A stretch of 64,000 nucleotides of DNA from Candidatus Latescibacterota bacterium (GTDB lineage: Bacteria > Latescibacterota > UBA2968 > UBA8231): the NCBI GenBank assembly GCA_965221775.1, contig CBDCSU010000006.1, positions 2,368,001-2,432,000 on the forward strand, given 5' to 3'. Position numbers and translations under genes: made by a program. This document shows positions 32,590-43,233 of this stretch, one piece after another (the first letter of the stretch is position 1; each line of letters starts with the position of its first letter). The notes beneath the pieces are model-generated. The model did not search any database, was not told the origin of the DNA, and saw only the letters and a program-made list of their open reading frames with translations.

Positions 32590-34764
32590 CTAGCGGGCGG
32601 AGGGCAACTCGATTCCGAGGGCCTCCAGGATCTCGACCGGCACCACCACGGGCCGGAAGCGCTGCTTCCTGCCGCCGAAACTCTGGGGGTTGGGACGGGA
32701 CTCGCTGCCAGGGATTCTCAGCAGCACTTTGCGCAGATCCTTCTTCGTCAGGCTCGTTCGATCGAGGGCCGCCAGCAGGCCGCTGTGGGTGCAGGCTACC
32801 ATCAGGCCGGTGCCGGCCTCGTCGCGGCGGATCCCCAACCGCTTGGCCACCTCGTCGCCGTAGCCCTGGATGGACAGGGCCTGCACCACGGTCATGTCCT
32901 GCCCCTGAAAGCGGATCGGCAGCGCCAGCAGCTGCTGCACCACGTCGGCGCCCGGGGCCTCGGAGGCGGCCCAGGTTGGCTGCACCAGCGCCTCGCCGCC
33001 CCACCAGGTCCAGCCGGCCGTCAGCGCCGCGGCGTTGAGGATCGCCCGGTCGCGCACGCCATACTCCGGGTGAGCCTCCATATCGGCCTGCAGTTCCGCC
33101 ACCTGGGCGGCGATCTCCCACGATTCCCGGATCAGGGCGGAGCGAAACCGCTTCGCGTCGCCGAGGGCCTCCTTGATCGCGGCCCTCACCGCGGGCGTCG
33201 ACTTGCCCTCCAGTTGCGAGAGGGCGAAGCGGTTGGCGTCGGCCGGCTCCAGTTGCGGCATGGCGCGAACGGACAGCAACAGGGAGAACCGGAGGTACTG
33301 GCCCTGCAGCGTCGCGGCCCGACCGTTGGGCCGCACGACGCGCTCGTCATCCTCCAGGACGCGCTCACCGCCAGAGGCGAGACGAGCGATGGGGAGTAGC
33401 TTCTGGACCCACTTCCCCTCGGCCTCATCCACGACGATCGGCAGGGTGCGCCGGCGCACGATGCGATACATGTCCGCCACCGTGGCGTCGGCCATGTGGA
33501 CGCCCAGGGGCCGGCCCACGATCGGCTCGATGACGTTCTCCAGGAACCAGCTCTTGCCGGAGTCGGTGGGGCCGATCAGCAGCACGTGCGGCCGCCACGA
33601 GAGCATCCCGCCGACCAGCGACGTCACGATCCAGCTCATGACCCGCTGCCCGTCGGCCGGCGATTGCCAGTTGTAGGCTTCCACGGCCTCGCGCAGACGC
33701 CCCCGCTCCTGGATCGTCGCTGGCTCCCCAAGCTCCACGCGCAGGCCCGAAGTCCAGATGCCCGGGGCCCCGTCCAGGCCCGTCTCGGTGCCGTCCTCGA
33801 AGCGCAGCCGGTCCCCAAGGTTCCAGATCCTCTCCCCCGTCTTCGTGCGCACCGGGCCCGGCTGGTAGATCAACGACTCATCCACCGGCCCGAGGCCGTC
33901 GGCGATGCGGATCAAGGCGTCCCCGAGCTGGCGGGCCAGGGCGCGGGAGATGTCCTCCCCCTCGACTTGGCTCCTCCACCAGGCTAGCGGGGCGAAGGCG
34001 ATCTGTGTGGGGACCTCGCAGCACTGCGTACGGGGGCGGCGCAGGATGCGGCCGAGCTTGCGGGGCCACACGGCGACCAGCTCCCCGGAGGTCCCCAAGA
34101 CCCGGTAGTGGTCGTTCTCCGCCAGCAGGCCCAGGTCCAGCTTGCTCTCGGCCTCCTCCGCCTCCGCCTCGGCGGGGTCGTAGGGCTTGAGGAAGCGGGC
34201 CATGACGGCCGGGCAGATGCCGGCGGGGATCCAGTCAGCCACGTCGCTGCCGGCCTCGATGGCCACCTGCCCGCTCTCCGGATCGGCCTCCTGCGCCTCC
34301 GGCAGGGCCACGCGCAGGTCCTCCACGCCGAGGCCGTGCAGGTGGGCCGCGATCTCGGCCGCGGCGGCCCTCCCGGGCTCGTCGGCGTCGGCCACGATCG
34401 AAACGCGCCGATCCTTCTGGGGAGTCCAGTCCGTCAGGTGCCACGCGACCGGGCCGCCCATCCAAGTGGTGACGAACACCTCTGGACGCCAGCGCTGCAG
34501 GGCCTCCACGCACTTCTCGTCCCCCACCACGACGATCCGGTCCCGGTCCGTAACCAGCAGCTCCGGCAGCCTGTACAGGGGCCGCTTCCTGCGGCCGGGG
34601 CCCTTCGGAATCCAGCTGTCGCCGTTCGGGGTCCACTGACTCACCCGCTCTCCGGCGGCCGTCTCGCGCCGCACGACGGCGCAGAAGGGCTCTCCGGCGG
34701 CCGTTTGGTAGTGGTAGACGTCGCCAAGCGGCAGTTCAGGCTCTGATGTGCGTCTTCTTTCCAC
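32590..34764 (-). CDS. TOPRIM primase fused to P-loop helicase (replication protein)
   Basis: RPLYRLPEL, VVGDEKCVEAL, IVADADEPG (TOPRIM), Walker A GPTDSGKS and Walker B IVVDEAE. Confidence 0.85.
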   Translation of the reverse strand: MERRRTSEPELPLGDVYHYQTAAGEPFCAVVRRETAAGERVSQWTPNGDSWIPKGPGRRKRPLYRLPELLVTDRDRIVVVGDEKCVEALQRWRPEVFVTTWMGGPVAWHLTDWTPQKDRRVSIVADADEPGRAAAAEIAAHLHGLGVEDLRVALPEAQEADPESGQVAIEAGSDVADWIPAGICPAVMARFLKPYDPAEAEAEEAESKLDLGLLAENDHYRVLGTSGELVAVWPRKLGRILRRPRTQCCEVPTQIAFAPLAWWRSQVEGEDISRALARQLGDALIRIADGLGPVDESLIYQPGPVRTKTGERIWNLGDRLRFEDGTETGLDGAPGIWTSGLRVELGEPATIQERGRLREAVEAYNWQSPADGQRVMSWIVTSLVGGMLSWRPHVLLIGPTDSGKSWFLENVIEPIVGRPLGVHMADATVADMYRIVRRRTLPIVVDEAEGKWVQKLLPIARLASGGERVLEDDERVVRPNGRAATLQGQYLRFSLLLSVRAMPQLEPADANRFALSQLEGKSTPAVRAAIKEALGDAKRFRSALIRESWEIAAQVAELQADMEAHPEYGVRDRAILNAAALTAGWTWWGGEALVQPTWAASEAPGADVVQQLLALPIRFQGQDMTVVQALSIQGYGDEVAKRLGIRRDEAGTGLMVACTHSGLLAALDRTSLTKKDLRKVLLRIPGSESRPNPQSFGGRKQRFRPVVVPVEILEALGIELPSAR

Positions 34765-34845
34765 CGTGGACGCTGGGCTCGTCGCACCACTGGTCGCGGA
34801 GGATTGGAGGGGTGGGGAGGGTCCCGCTGTCAGCCAATCCCGGCG

Positions 34846-37440
34846 TCAGAACGAAACCGTCGTGGTCATCGACACCGTCCGGGGCGCGCCGAGCCAGGCG
34901 GCGTTCTCGGTGATGGCCGAGAGATACGCCTCGTCGAGCAGGTTGTTCGCCACGATCGAGAACTCCACCGACCGGAGCAGGTCGCTCAGTGCTTCGCCCG
35001 AGAAGGCGACGTAGGCGTCGGCCAGCCAGTAGGCGTCGGCGTACCAGTCAGCCGTCAGGCTGACACGGCGCTTCGAGGTGTACTTGGCGCTCAGCCCCGC
35101 CCGGAGGGGGCCGTTGCGGTCGAGGGAGACGACCCACAGCCGTCCCGGCACCCCGGCCACGTCGGTCCCCGGGACGATGCCCTGGCTCTCGTCGACCAGC
35201 GGGTCGCCGCTGCCGAAGTACTCCGAGCCGTTGAGGGTGAAGGAGGTGTAGAGGGCCATCCGCCGCGGCATCTGTACCGTGGCGGCCAGCTCCAGGCCGC
35301 TGGTCTCGATCCCGCCGGCGTTGAAGTAGGCGCCGCCGCCCGGGATGAGGTAGTTGGGACCGGCCGTCGTCTGCGGGCCGAGGTAGAAGATCCGGTTCTG
35401 GAAGTCGATGGAGTACCAGGTCGCGCTCATGGCGACCCGGTCCCCCGCATACTGCAGCCCCACGTCGATGTTGGAGGCCGTCTCCGGATCAAGCTCGTCC
35501 AGGCTCCGGCCCGGCACCTCCAGCAGGGTGCTGCTGATGGCCTTGAAGTTTTCGGCGTACCCGGCGAAGAGGTCGAGCCCGTCCACTGGCGTCTGGTAGG
35601 TCACACCGCCCGAGAACAGCAGCTCCGAGTCGGAATCGACCTCCAGGTCCTCGTCGACACCGAACAGGTCCTCCCGCGACACCCCGACGAGGAACTGCCT
35701 GACGCCGCCGCTGAGCGCCAGGGGGCCGGCGTAGAGCGTCTCCTCCACGTACCACTTGAGGACGTGCTGCGGGAAGTCCCACTCGTACTGGTGCCAGTAG
35801 GCCTGCTCGTCCCACTTGAAGCTGAGCGTCGGGTCCAGCATCCGGTGCCAGTCGCGGCCCAAGTCGCGGCGCGAGTCCTCGTACCAGAGGCCGGCGCGCA
35901 GGGAGCTGGCGGCGGCGCCGATGGTGGTGAGCCACTCCTCGTCGAGGGTGACCCCGAGGCGGTCCTTCCCGTAGTGGCTGTGGCGGTACGACTGCACCGC
36001 CGTGGCCTCCGGGTGGCACGCCGGGTCGACGGCGGGGCCGCCCGAGCCGTAGTAGTTGAAGAGGTAGGACGAGGTGCAGCCGTCGACCGGTCCCACCGCG
36101 GCCCAGTCGCGGTCCACGAAGTAGATCAGCCCGAGTTGGTGGCCGCCCTGCACGGGTGCCAGGCCCGCCAGCTCCGACTCCGGTCCGCCGCCGTCGTCGA
36201 TGACGTCGACGATGTAGGGCGGCAGCCAGTCGCCGCGGCCCCGGTTGCGGTGGAAGTAGGCGCCCAGGTTCAGCGAGACGGCCTCGCCGAAGGGCCACTC
36301 CGCCTTGAGGTAGGCCAAAGTGTTGTTGCGCCGGGTCTGCCAGCCAGGCCGGTAGAACTGGTTCAGGTAGGGCACGGCGGGCCAGTCGCCGACCAGGCGG
36401 TCCCAGCGCGGGTTGGCCCGGAAGTCGGCCTCGCCGTAGAGCCGCTGGTAGGTGTCCTCGTGGATGCTGTCGTACGAGATGTAGCCGGTCAGGTCGAGGC
36501 CGCCGCGGGACGACACGAGCTTGGCGGCCAGATGCTCGCGCTCGTTGCGGGCCGAACCCTGGACCCAATCGGTCGCCTCCTGGCGGACGGCGGCGAACCA
36601 AGTGCGGGTCCCGCCCCCGAACAGCGGCCCCGTGTCGAACCGCAGGGCGAACCGCTGGCCCTCGTTCTCGCCTTGCGTGACGGAGGCGGTATACGTCCGC
36701 CTCGCCGCCGGATCGTCCGTCAGGTAGTTGAAGGTGCCCCCCAGGGCCTCCACCGACCGGGAGGCGATGTCGGCGGTCCCCTGCGAGACCTCCACGCCCC
36801 CGAGGTTCATCGGGTCGAGAAACCGGTTCGCCTTGGCGCCGCTGAAGTAGTCGGAGGTGCCGTTGGGGAAGCCGTCGATGGTGGTGCCGATCTGGGCCTC
36901 GCTGATCGTCACTTGGAAGCCGCGCACGGCGACATTGCTCGACCAGTCGTCGAAGCCGTACGCGTCCCCCTCCTGGACGGAGACGCCGGGGAGGTTGTCC
37001 ACCACCAACGTGACGCTGGTGATCTTCGACTGCTGCAGGACCATCGGCTCGGCCACGACGTTGCTGGCGAAGGTGCGGGGCTCCTCGGCGACGACGCTGA
37101 CCGACTCCAGCTGCCACGCCCGTTGCATGACGATGTCGACCGTGGCCGAGGCCCCCGCCGCCAGCGAGACCCGGATCCCCTCCATCCGGAACCGTGGCAG
37201 GGTCCCGCGGACGAGGTAGTCCCCGGGCCCCAGACCGGGGGCCGCGTAGGCGCCGTCGTCGCCGGTCACCACCTCGGTCGGCTCTCCGGGACCGCTCACC
37301 GTCACCCGGACCCCGGGCAGCGGGATGCCGCTCTCGTCGACGGTCACGCCTTCGATCGAGGCGGTGCGGGCCTCCGACGGCGAGGCGAGGAGGGACGTCA
37401 GCAGCAGGCAGACGACGGCGAGGCGTTCAGGCGAGGAATG
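34846..37440 (-). CDS. TonB-dependent receptor with N-terminal carboxypeptidase-regulatory-like domain (start uncertain)
   Basis: G.VVDESG.PLPGV.V, plug domain, LDPETASNIDVG, NLLDEAY and terminal VSF. Confidence 0.9.
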   Translation of the reverse strand, partial: HSSPERLAVVCLLLTSLLASPSEARTASIEGVTVDESGIPLPGVRVTVSGPGEPTEVVTGDDGAYAAPGLGPGDYLVRGTLPRFRMEGIRVSLAAGASATVDIVMQRAWQLESVSVVAEEPRTFASNVVAEPMVLQQSKITSVTLVVDNLPGVSVQEGDAYGFDDWSSNVAVRGFQVTISEAQIGTTIDGFPNGTSDYFSGAKANRFLDPMNLGGVEVSQGTADIASRSVEALGGTFNYLTDDPAARRTYTASVTQGENEGQRFALRFDTGPLFGGGTRTWFAAVRQEATDWVQGSARNEREHLAAKLVSSRGGLDLTGYISYDSIHEDTYQRLYGEADFRANPRWDRLVGDWPAVPYLNQFYRPGWQTRRNNTLAYLKAEWPFGEAVSLNLGAYFHRNRGRGDWLPPYIVDVIDDGGGPESELAGLAPVQGGHQLGLIYFVDRDWAAVGPVDGCTSSYLFNYYGSGGPAVDPACHPEATAVQSYRHSHYGKDRLGVTLDEEWLTTIGAAASSLRAGLWYEDSRRDLGRDWHRMLDPTLSFKWDEQAYWHQYEWDFPQHVLKWYVEETLYAGPLALSGGVRQFLVGVSREDLFGVDEDLEVDSDSELLFSGGVTYQTPVDGLDLFAGYAENFKAISSTLLEVPGRSLDELDPETASNIDVGLQYAGDRVAMSATWYSIDFQNRIFYLGPQTTAGPNYLIPGGGAYFNAGGIETSGLELAATVQMPRRMALYTSFTLNGSEYFGSGDPLVDESQGIVPGTDVAGVPGRLWVVSLDRNGPLRAGLSAKYTSKRRVSLTADWYADAYWLADAYVAFSGEALSDLLRSVEFSIVANNLLDEAYLSAITENAAWLGAPRTVSMTTTVSF

Positions 37441-37766
37441 GCCCCGCCAGCCGGGGTGCTTGAACTCCAGCACCCCCGACAGACGGGCGTTGAAGGCGGT
37501 CTCCCTGGTTCGTGGCAACGGGTAGGATCCTGGAGCCAGGGGAGCGGGATTGCGAGGGCCGCATCCACCAACATCCACCAAGACGGACGGCCCCAAGCGG
37601 TCTCCCCTGCAAGCCGCAACTGGTCAATCGACGGAAAATAACGGGAACGACTGGGAACGCGCAAGCCGTCCCTTTGGAAGGGGATGTTCACACCCCGGAC
37701 CAGCCCGAGATCGGGAACGGGCGCCCCTACGAGCGGCGCAGCTGCACAGGACATCCCGGCGGGTGG

Positions 37767-38072
37767 CTATGGGGACTCCAGCTTCTCCTTGATCCGGAGA
37801 ACCTCGAGGGACTCCACGGCGTGGAGGACGCCTAGGTGGAGCTCTGGGGGGAGGATGAACCACACGGGGTGTCCGTGGGAGAGAGGAAAATTGGCGGCAT
37901 CGGTTGGCCGCACGTCCCCGGGCCCGTGCTCTGCTTTGTCGAACCAGCGGATGCCGAGGCGGAGGTGACCCCCGTGCATCACAGTCACGACGGCCCACCC
38001 CTCCTCCAGATTCATGTACACGAGATCCTGCACGTCCTTCATGCCGCGGATTGCGGCTTCGCTCATGGCCAT
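37767..38072 (-). CDS. Hypothetical protein
   Basis: RBS aaggag and plausible 100-aa composition. Confidence 0.55.
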   Translation of the reverse strand: MAMSEAAIRGMKDVQDLVYMNLEEGWAVVTVMHGGHLRLGIRWFDKAEHGPGDVRPTDAANFPLSHGHPVWFILPPELHLGVLHAVESLEVLRIKEKLESP

Positions 38073-38332
38073 CACTGCTGACTCCTTCCGGTTGAGGGGG
38101 ACAAACCAAGTAGGCCCGGTGGTCGGCGGCCAAGAGCTGTATCTGCCCAGTCAGGGTGTCCTTGACGAAGGACGTTGTGCCGCAGCGAATCGCCGACGCC
38201 CCCCCGGCCCGCCCGCTACCCTGTGTGCCGGAGATCCTACCGGCTTGCCCGATCCGTAAGCAAACGACAGGAAGACCATGAGGAGGGACGAGCATCCCCC
38301 CCGGGGGGAAGCTGATAGCACGTCATCCCATC

Positions 38333-38560
38333 TCATCCAACTTGATGCCGTTCAAACAGCAGATCGAGGGCCTCCAGCCCGAGAGCATGGACGGTCGTCT
38401 CGTTCTGGGCGGCGAGCACCTTCAATCGCTTCGCCTGCTCGGGTTCGAGGTACAGGACCGTGGCCTTCTTGCCACGCCGAGACGGGGCGATCTTGGCCTC
38501 GGCCTTCGGCTCGCCAGCGGTCCGCCCGGCGTCTGCGAGGGTTGGCTTAGCTTTGGACAT
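38333..38560 (-). CDS. Ribbon-helix-helix (ParG-like) centromere-binding protein
   Basis: KKATVLYLEPEQAKRLKVLAAQNETTVHALGLEALDLLF; overlaps the parA 3' end. Confidence 0.85.
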   Translation of the reverse strand: MSKAKPTLADAGRTAGEPKAEAKIAPSRRGKKATVLYLEPEQAKRLKVLAAQNETTVHALGLEALDLLFERHQVG

Positions 38561-39183
38561 GAGCCCCTCCTTCCGTCTGAGTCCATCGGTACAAGGCTTC
38601 GGTCTCGGTTGCCGCCAAGGATCGGGGCTCGGCTTCCTGAGCGGTCCTCCCGGCCGTGAACGCCCGGACGTGCGCGACCCGGGCCCCCAGGGTCACCGGA
38701 ACCCGAACTGCCTGGAAGCTCTGAATGGCCGTCGTCGCTTGGGCCGTCCAGTCGCCGCGAGGAGGGACAGCGTTCAGCACCACCGCCGCCGCCGTCTCCG
38801 CGATCCGGCCCACGTCCAGAGTCGCCGGGATGGCCGCCAGATCCACCGCGGACGGTCGACACGGCACGAGCATCAGATCCGCACAACGAGCCGCCTCCAC
38901 CGCCCCGCCGGCCTCTCGAGGAGCCGTGTCGATCACCGCCAAGGAGGCCCCTGCACCCCGGGCCGCATCGAGCACCCGCGCCAGCCGGGGTGGATGAGCC
39001 GTCACCACCGGCGGCGGATCTTCGCCTCGAAGGTCGCCCCAAACCGCCGTCGATCCCTGTTGGGTCCAGGTCGATCACAACAGCGTCGCCACCCGCGAGT
39101 TCGTGCGCCACCGCGAGGCCGACGGCCAAGGTCGTCTTGCCGCTCCCGCCCTTCTGTGATACCAGAGCAATCGTGCGCATCAT
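38547..39183 (-). CDS. parA: Short ParA/ParF partition ATPase; 1-bp insertion near 39059
   Basis: SQKGGSGKTT, IDLDP(Q)GS, IDTAP and LVPCRPS..DL. The two frames join at gacccaacagg. Confidence 0.88.
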
Positions 39184-39219
39184 GCTAACTATGCTACGAT
39201 GAAGACACCGCTCGCGCAA
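39178..39219 (-). promoter_or_regulatory. parA promoter (likely leaderless) with overlapping operator repeats
   Basis: Minus strand reads TTGCGC-17bp-TAGCAT-7bp-ATG; plus strand reads catcatgctaactatgct. Confidence 0.6.
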
Positions 39220-39381
39220 GGGAAGATCGTCGCCCCCGGAGGCTTCCGGGGCCCGATAGCCCGGAAGGGGGTTGGTTGGAGGTGGCCGGAAGGATTATCC
39301 GCCCGCCCCGTGCCCCGGCAAACACAGGCCCAAGGCCTAGCCTGCGCGTTCCGCGGGCGCGAACCCCCAGGAGAGGGGGGG

Positions 39382-39780
39382 CTACTGGATGAACTTCACT
39401 TGGTATGCCCTGTTGCGGAAACTTTTGCTGGAATCACGAATCAGCGCATGCCAGCCACTGGTGCCAGAGACGGAGGTCCCGCTCTCCGGCGTGCCCCAAA
39501 TCACCGCGGTATGCTCAACTTGGATGTAGACTCCATTCTGATTCTCATACCCAAAGAAGAGGACGGTGGGTTCGGCGCCAGAAGAACTCAAGGGGATGGA
39601 TGCATAACTGGGATTCCTCTCCGTGTAGTTCCGATTCAAGATCGTCCCTGTGTTGACCTGCACCTGCAGGCTGGCGCCGGACGGTCCTTGCGGTCCTTCG
39701 GGTCCCTCTGGCCCCATGGGGCCTTCGCAGGCGGCCAGGATCATCAACAACCCCAGCCAAAGTGCTCCACATCGCCTCAT
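39382..39780 (-). CDS. Collagen-like lipoprotein
   Basis: Lipobox LAAC followed by EGPMGPEGPEGPQGPSG. Confidence 0.8.
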   Translation of the reverse strand: MRRCGALWLGLLMILAACEGPMGPEGPEGPQGPSGASLQVQVNTGTILNRNYTERNPSYASIPLSSSGAEPTVLFFGYENQNGVYIQVEHTAVIWGTPESGTSVSGTSGWHALIRDSSKSFRNRAYQVKFIQ

Positions 39781-39836
39781 CAGTGGCTTTCCTTTGCTTT
39801 GTAGTTGGGGAAAGTGAGGCGGCGTCCTGCCAGCCT

Positions 39837-40084
39837 GTGTAGAGAAGGACCTAAACGTTTGGCTGCCAGGGAGTTATCCCGGCACAGGTCCGACACGGCG
39901 CACCCGCAGGAAGCAGGTAGCCCCTGCCGGCTCATCCGCCGGCGCGAGGACCTTCCTGCAATCCCAGCGGCGTCGGATACCTGTCACCATCTCCGAAGGC
40001 CCCTTGCTACCTTGGTAGTCTACTTCTGAGAGCGTGTAGAGAAGCACCTAAGCGTATGACCGCCAGGGAGTTACCCCGGCACAG
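39837..40084. repeat. 51-bp direct repeat pair (39837-39887, 40034-40084)
   Basis: 45/51 identical by manual comparison (gtgtagagaag.acctaa.cgt.tg.c.gccagggagtta.cccggcacag). Confidence 0.85.
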
Positions 40085-40859
40085 CCCGCAAGGTCACCAA
40101 GCCGCTCGCCGCCAGCAGGTAGCTACGATGGCAGCCGCTTCCAAAGCCGGAAGAAGTACGGCCAGCAGGGACCGCCCTCCCAGTCGCCCGGCGGAGCCTT
40201 CGCCCGCCACACCCGCGACAGCAGCTCGCACATCACCCGATCGCAGGCCTCCTCCTCGAGCTCTTGGTCGAGGCGGGGGTTGGGCTCGTGTTGCGGGGCC
40301 ACGGCCTACGACCCCTCCACCCGCTGGTCGGCCGCCAAAGGCTTCCCCGCCTCGCTCGACATGGCTCTGCGCCCTCCTTGGCTTGGGGGCGACATGATGT
40401 CTGGCAACAACTTACGGCTTCTCGGACCGGAAGGCCGCACGCACCGTTCTCGCCGGCCTTCGGCCCCCGGGGGCTGGTAGGAGGAGCCCCGTGGCAGGCC
40501 CCCGGCGACAGCACGCCAGGGAAGATGGGGCGGAGAAGGCCCCGATTCAAGCCCCCCAAGACGCCATCTGGCCCTTCGCGTAGTGGGCCGGCCTGTCCGG
40601 CGAGGCCCACTTTCCGGGAAGCCTATCTCTCCGGTCCGCGTAGAGGGGGGCGCAAGCGACTGGGCAGCAGCACGTTGGGCCCGGCACAGGCTAACTTGCG
40701 GTATGCGGAATTGCCGACAGTGACCCGCCTCGGAGGGGGGGAGTTGAACGGCCCGAGGGTGCGCCGTTCTATGTCCAGCTCCCGTGGGGAAGGACCCCGA
40801 GGGATTTTCGCGCCGAACGGGGGGAAACCCCGTGGGAGACGAGCATGGAACGGCAACCC

Positions 40860-41246
40860 TCACCTGTCCGACAGGTGGTCGATCATCGCGTCGAGAATTG
40901 CGATCAGTGCCTTGGTTTCCAGAACAAGACCAGAGCGCATGAGGTCGCGGACTTCATCCGAGTCGTCTGGAAAGAGTACATCTCCAACCACGCCGAAGAC
41001 TGGCTGGTCAAACACGAAGACATCAGCTTCCCGGTCATCGCCGACATCGAGGGCCGCCTCCAGGTCCCTCCTTAGCTCCTCCAAGCCTTCCAATCCGCTC
41101 TGCGACTTGATCGCCAGTAGTAGGGCGACGTTGAGGGCCAGAATCTTCCCCTGGCTCATGTTGTTCAGCCGGACGAGACGGTTGTAATTCTCTCCGAGCT
41201 GCTGGAATGTGTCGAGCAGTTTCTGTAGTGGATTCTCTTCGGCCAG
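40860..41246 (-). CDS. Hypothetical helical protein (probable CTG start)
   Basis: Frame is open upstream of the listed ORF to a CTG preceded by ggagggagg. Confidence 0.5.
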   Translation of the reverse strand: MAEENPLQKLLDTFQQLGENYNRLVRLNNMSQGKILALNVALLLAIKSQSGLEGLEELRRDLEAALDVGDDREADVFVFDQPVFGVVGDVLFPDDSDEVRDLMRSGLVLETKALIAILDAMIDHLSDR

Positions 41247-42352
41247 AAGTTCCCTCCCTCCTGCGGGGTGTGAGGAATGGTGGCCCCGGGTTCTTAGGAC
41301 CCCCTACCCCGAACGTCAAGGAACCCCACGGGACCCCCGCGGCCCCGACGCCGCCCGAAACCCCCCGAAATCGCCCGATCCGGCCGGCCCCGAGAATCGC
41401 CCAGGGCGAGCGGAGACGGGCCGCCAGCGCCGGATCGGCCCCGGCCGCGGGTCAGAAAGACGCCCCTCCCCCCCTCCAAGGCCGCCAGGAGCCGCCTCCG
41501 GCGCTCTGACGCCCTCCACCCCCCCAGACCCCCCGCATCAGGCCGGATCTCGCCCCCACGGGGGCCCCGAGGGCCGCCCAGGCCCGGGAACAGGGCCCCC
41601 GCGAGCGGATTCCGCACCGCCCGCGCCACGGCGCCAGCTCCCCCGACTCCCAACACCCGCGGCCCCGCCAGGCGCGCAGACGCCGCCTGAGCGGCTCCTG
41701 GAGGGCGCTGCCGAGGGCCCCGGCGCCCAGGGAGCTACACCACAACCCAAAACTTTGGTGTGAATCGAGGGCGCGGGGCACTTTGCCCCACCCGACCGAC
41801 CGCCGCGGGACCCGCGTTCGATCGGAACCCCCCCCCAGGGCCGGCACCCCGCCCTCGCGTGCCCCCTCGCGCCCGATCCACACGCTCTCGCGCCCTCGCC
41901 CCCGCCGCCGGCCCCGATCCGCGCCCGATCGCACCCTCGCCGTGGGTCCAGGCTGCGCCGATCGGGCCGTTCGAGGCCGCTTGTTACTGCCGACAATCGG
42001 CTGTAGCGCCTGTAACCACCCATCCCCCCCTCGATCCGCCCAACCCTCCTCGCCGGGCGCCGACGTCGTGGCCCGGATGGGATCGCCGCCGCCGGCGAGG
42101 CCATGGCCGCACGTGCCGGGAGGGCGAGTCACCGGCGGCCCTGTCCTCGCCGCTGCCCACTGTCTTGGGGGAGCTGATCGAGGCCGATTGAACCCCCGAT
42201 AAGGGACATTATCGCTGGTTCAAACCCCGGACAGCGATCCCGCCGGCCGGGATGGGGACCCGGTTTCTCCTGTCGGTAGCGGTCATTCCCCGAAGTAACC
42301 ACCCCGCCCCCTCGATCCGCGCACCCTCTCCGAGCCCCGGCGCCACCTGATG

Positions 42353-42427
42353 GCATGATTACCCTGCTAATCATGCTTGACAAAGGCATCCTCGGCGTAT
42401 TATCATGCTCATCATGCTTACTATGAT
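42353..42427 (+). promoter_or_regulatory. Sigma70 promoter of the small-gene array with iterated ATCATGCT operators
   Basis: TTGACA at 42377 and TATTAT/TATCAT -10 candidates. ATCATGCT occurs at 42370, 42402 and 42411, with an inverted copy at 42353. Confidence 0.75.
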
Positions 42428-42474
42428 CGCACACACACCCGATCATCTTACTGCTGAGGCAAGGAGGAATCCCA

Positions 42475-42686
42475 TGAGTGAGTTGACCACCGACCGGGCG
42501 GCGAGGGCCGATGCCGCTGCGGCAGGCTGCCACGTGGTCGAGACGTTGGCCGAGTGCCTGCCCGATGGCTCCGGCTTTCGGACCGTGAGGCGGGTAACCC
42601 GCTTCCGGATAGACAGCAGTCACGGACCCGCTTCGGAGATTCGCGAGGCTGCCGGCGAGGCGCTACGCGATCTGTTAGGAGGCTGA
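42475..42686 (+). CDS. Small hypothetical protein, first gene of the array
   Basis: RBS aaggagg. Confidence 0.6.
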
Positions 42687-42690
42687 GGCC

Positions 42691-43233
42691 ATGTCCAAGA
42701 CCATCCGCACCATCACACCCGAGATGCACGCGGCTCTCGACGCGGACCGTGAGGGCCGGCTGTCTCCGCAGGCTCGGAGCGCCATCGACACCGCCGAGAA
42801 GGACTGGCAGATGGCGAGCCACGCCGCCCACCCCTCGCACTTCACCTTCGACACGGCAGGCGATCGGGAGTTCCTCGTCGCCCGGCGCCGTCGCGACGGT
42901 GCGTTTCGTCGCTACATCACCGTCTGCCACCGGATCGGGCGCAACTACTACCGCCCGTCCTCTCTCCGCAAGCGCGGCCTGAGCCCGATGATGCGTACCG
43001 CCGTGGCGGCGCATGTGCGCGAGGTCCACGAGGAGATCCTGACGGTGGAGGGCACGCCGCCGTCGAGCGCGGAGCTGATGTGCCTCGCCGCCCTGTTCGC
43101 CGCCGGCAACGACGACGGGCAGATCACGCCGGGGTTGGAGGCCATCGCCGCCGAGGCGGCCCGGATCGGCTTCCACACCGCCGACACGTTGGAGACGCGG
43201 CCGGACCCCCGGCTGCCCGAGGAGGCGGCGTGA
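42691..43233 (+). CDS. Hypothetical phage-like protein
   Basis: RBS aggagg; TGATG-coupled to the next gene. Confidence 0.65.
   Translation: MSKTIRTITPEMHAALDADREGRLSPQARSAIDTAEKDWQMASHAAHPSHFTFDTAGDREFLVARRRRDGAFRRYITVCHRIGRNYYRPSSLRKRGLSPMMRTAVAAHVREVHEEILTVEGTPPSSAELMCLAALFAAGNDDGQITPGLEAIAAEAARIGFHTADTLETRPDPRLPEEAA

Noticed and set aside
41209-42202. Pro/Arg/Gly-rich ORFs in the C-rich tract
   Set aside because: Low-complexity translations in all frames without RBS support; likely non-coding.
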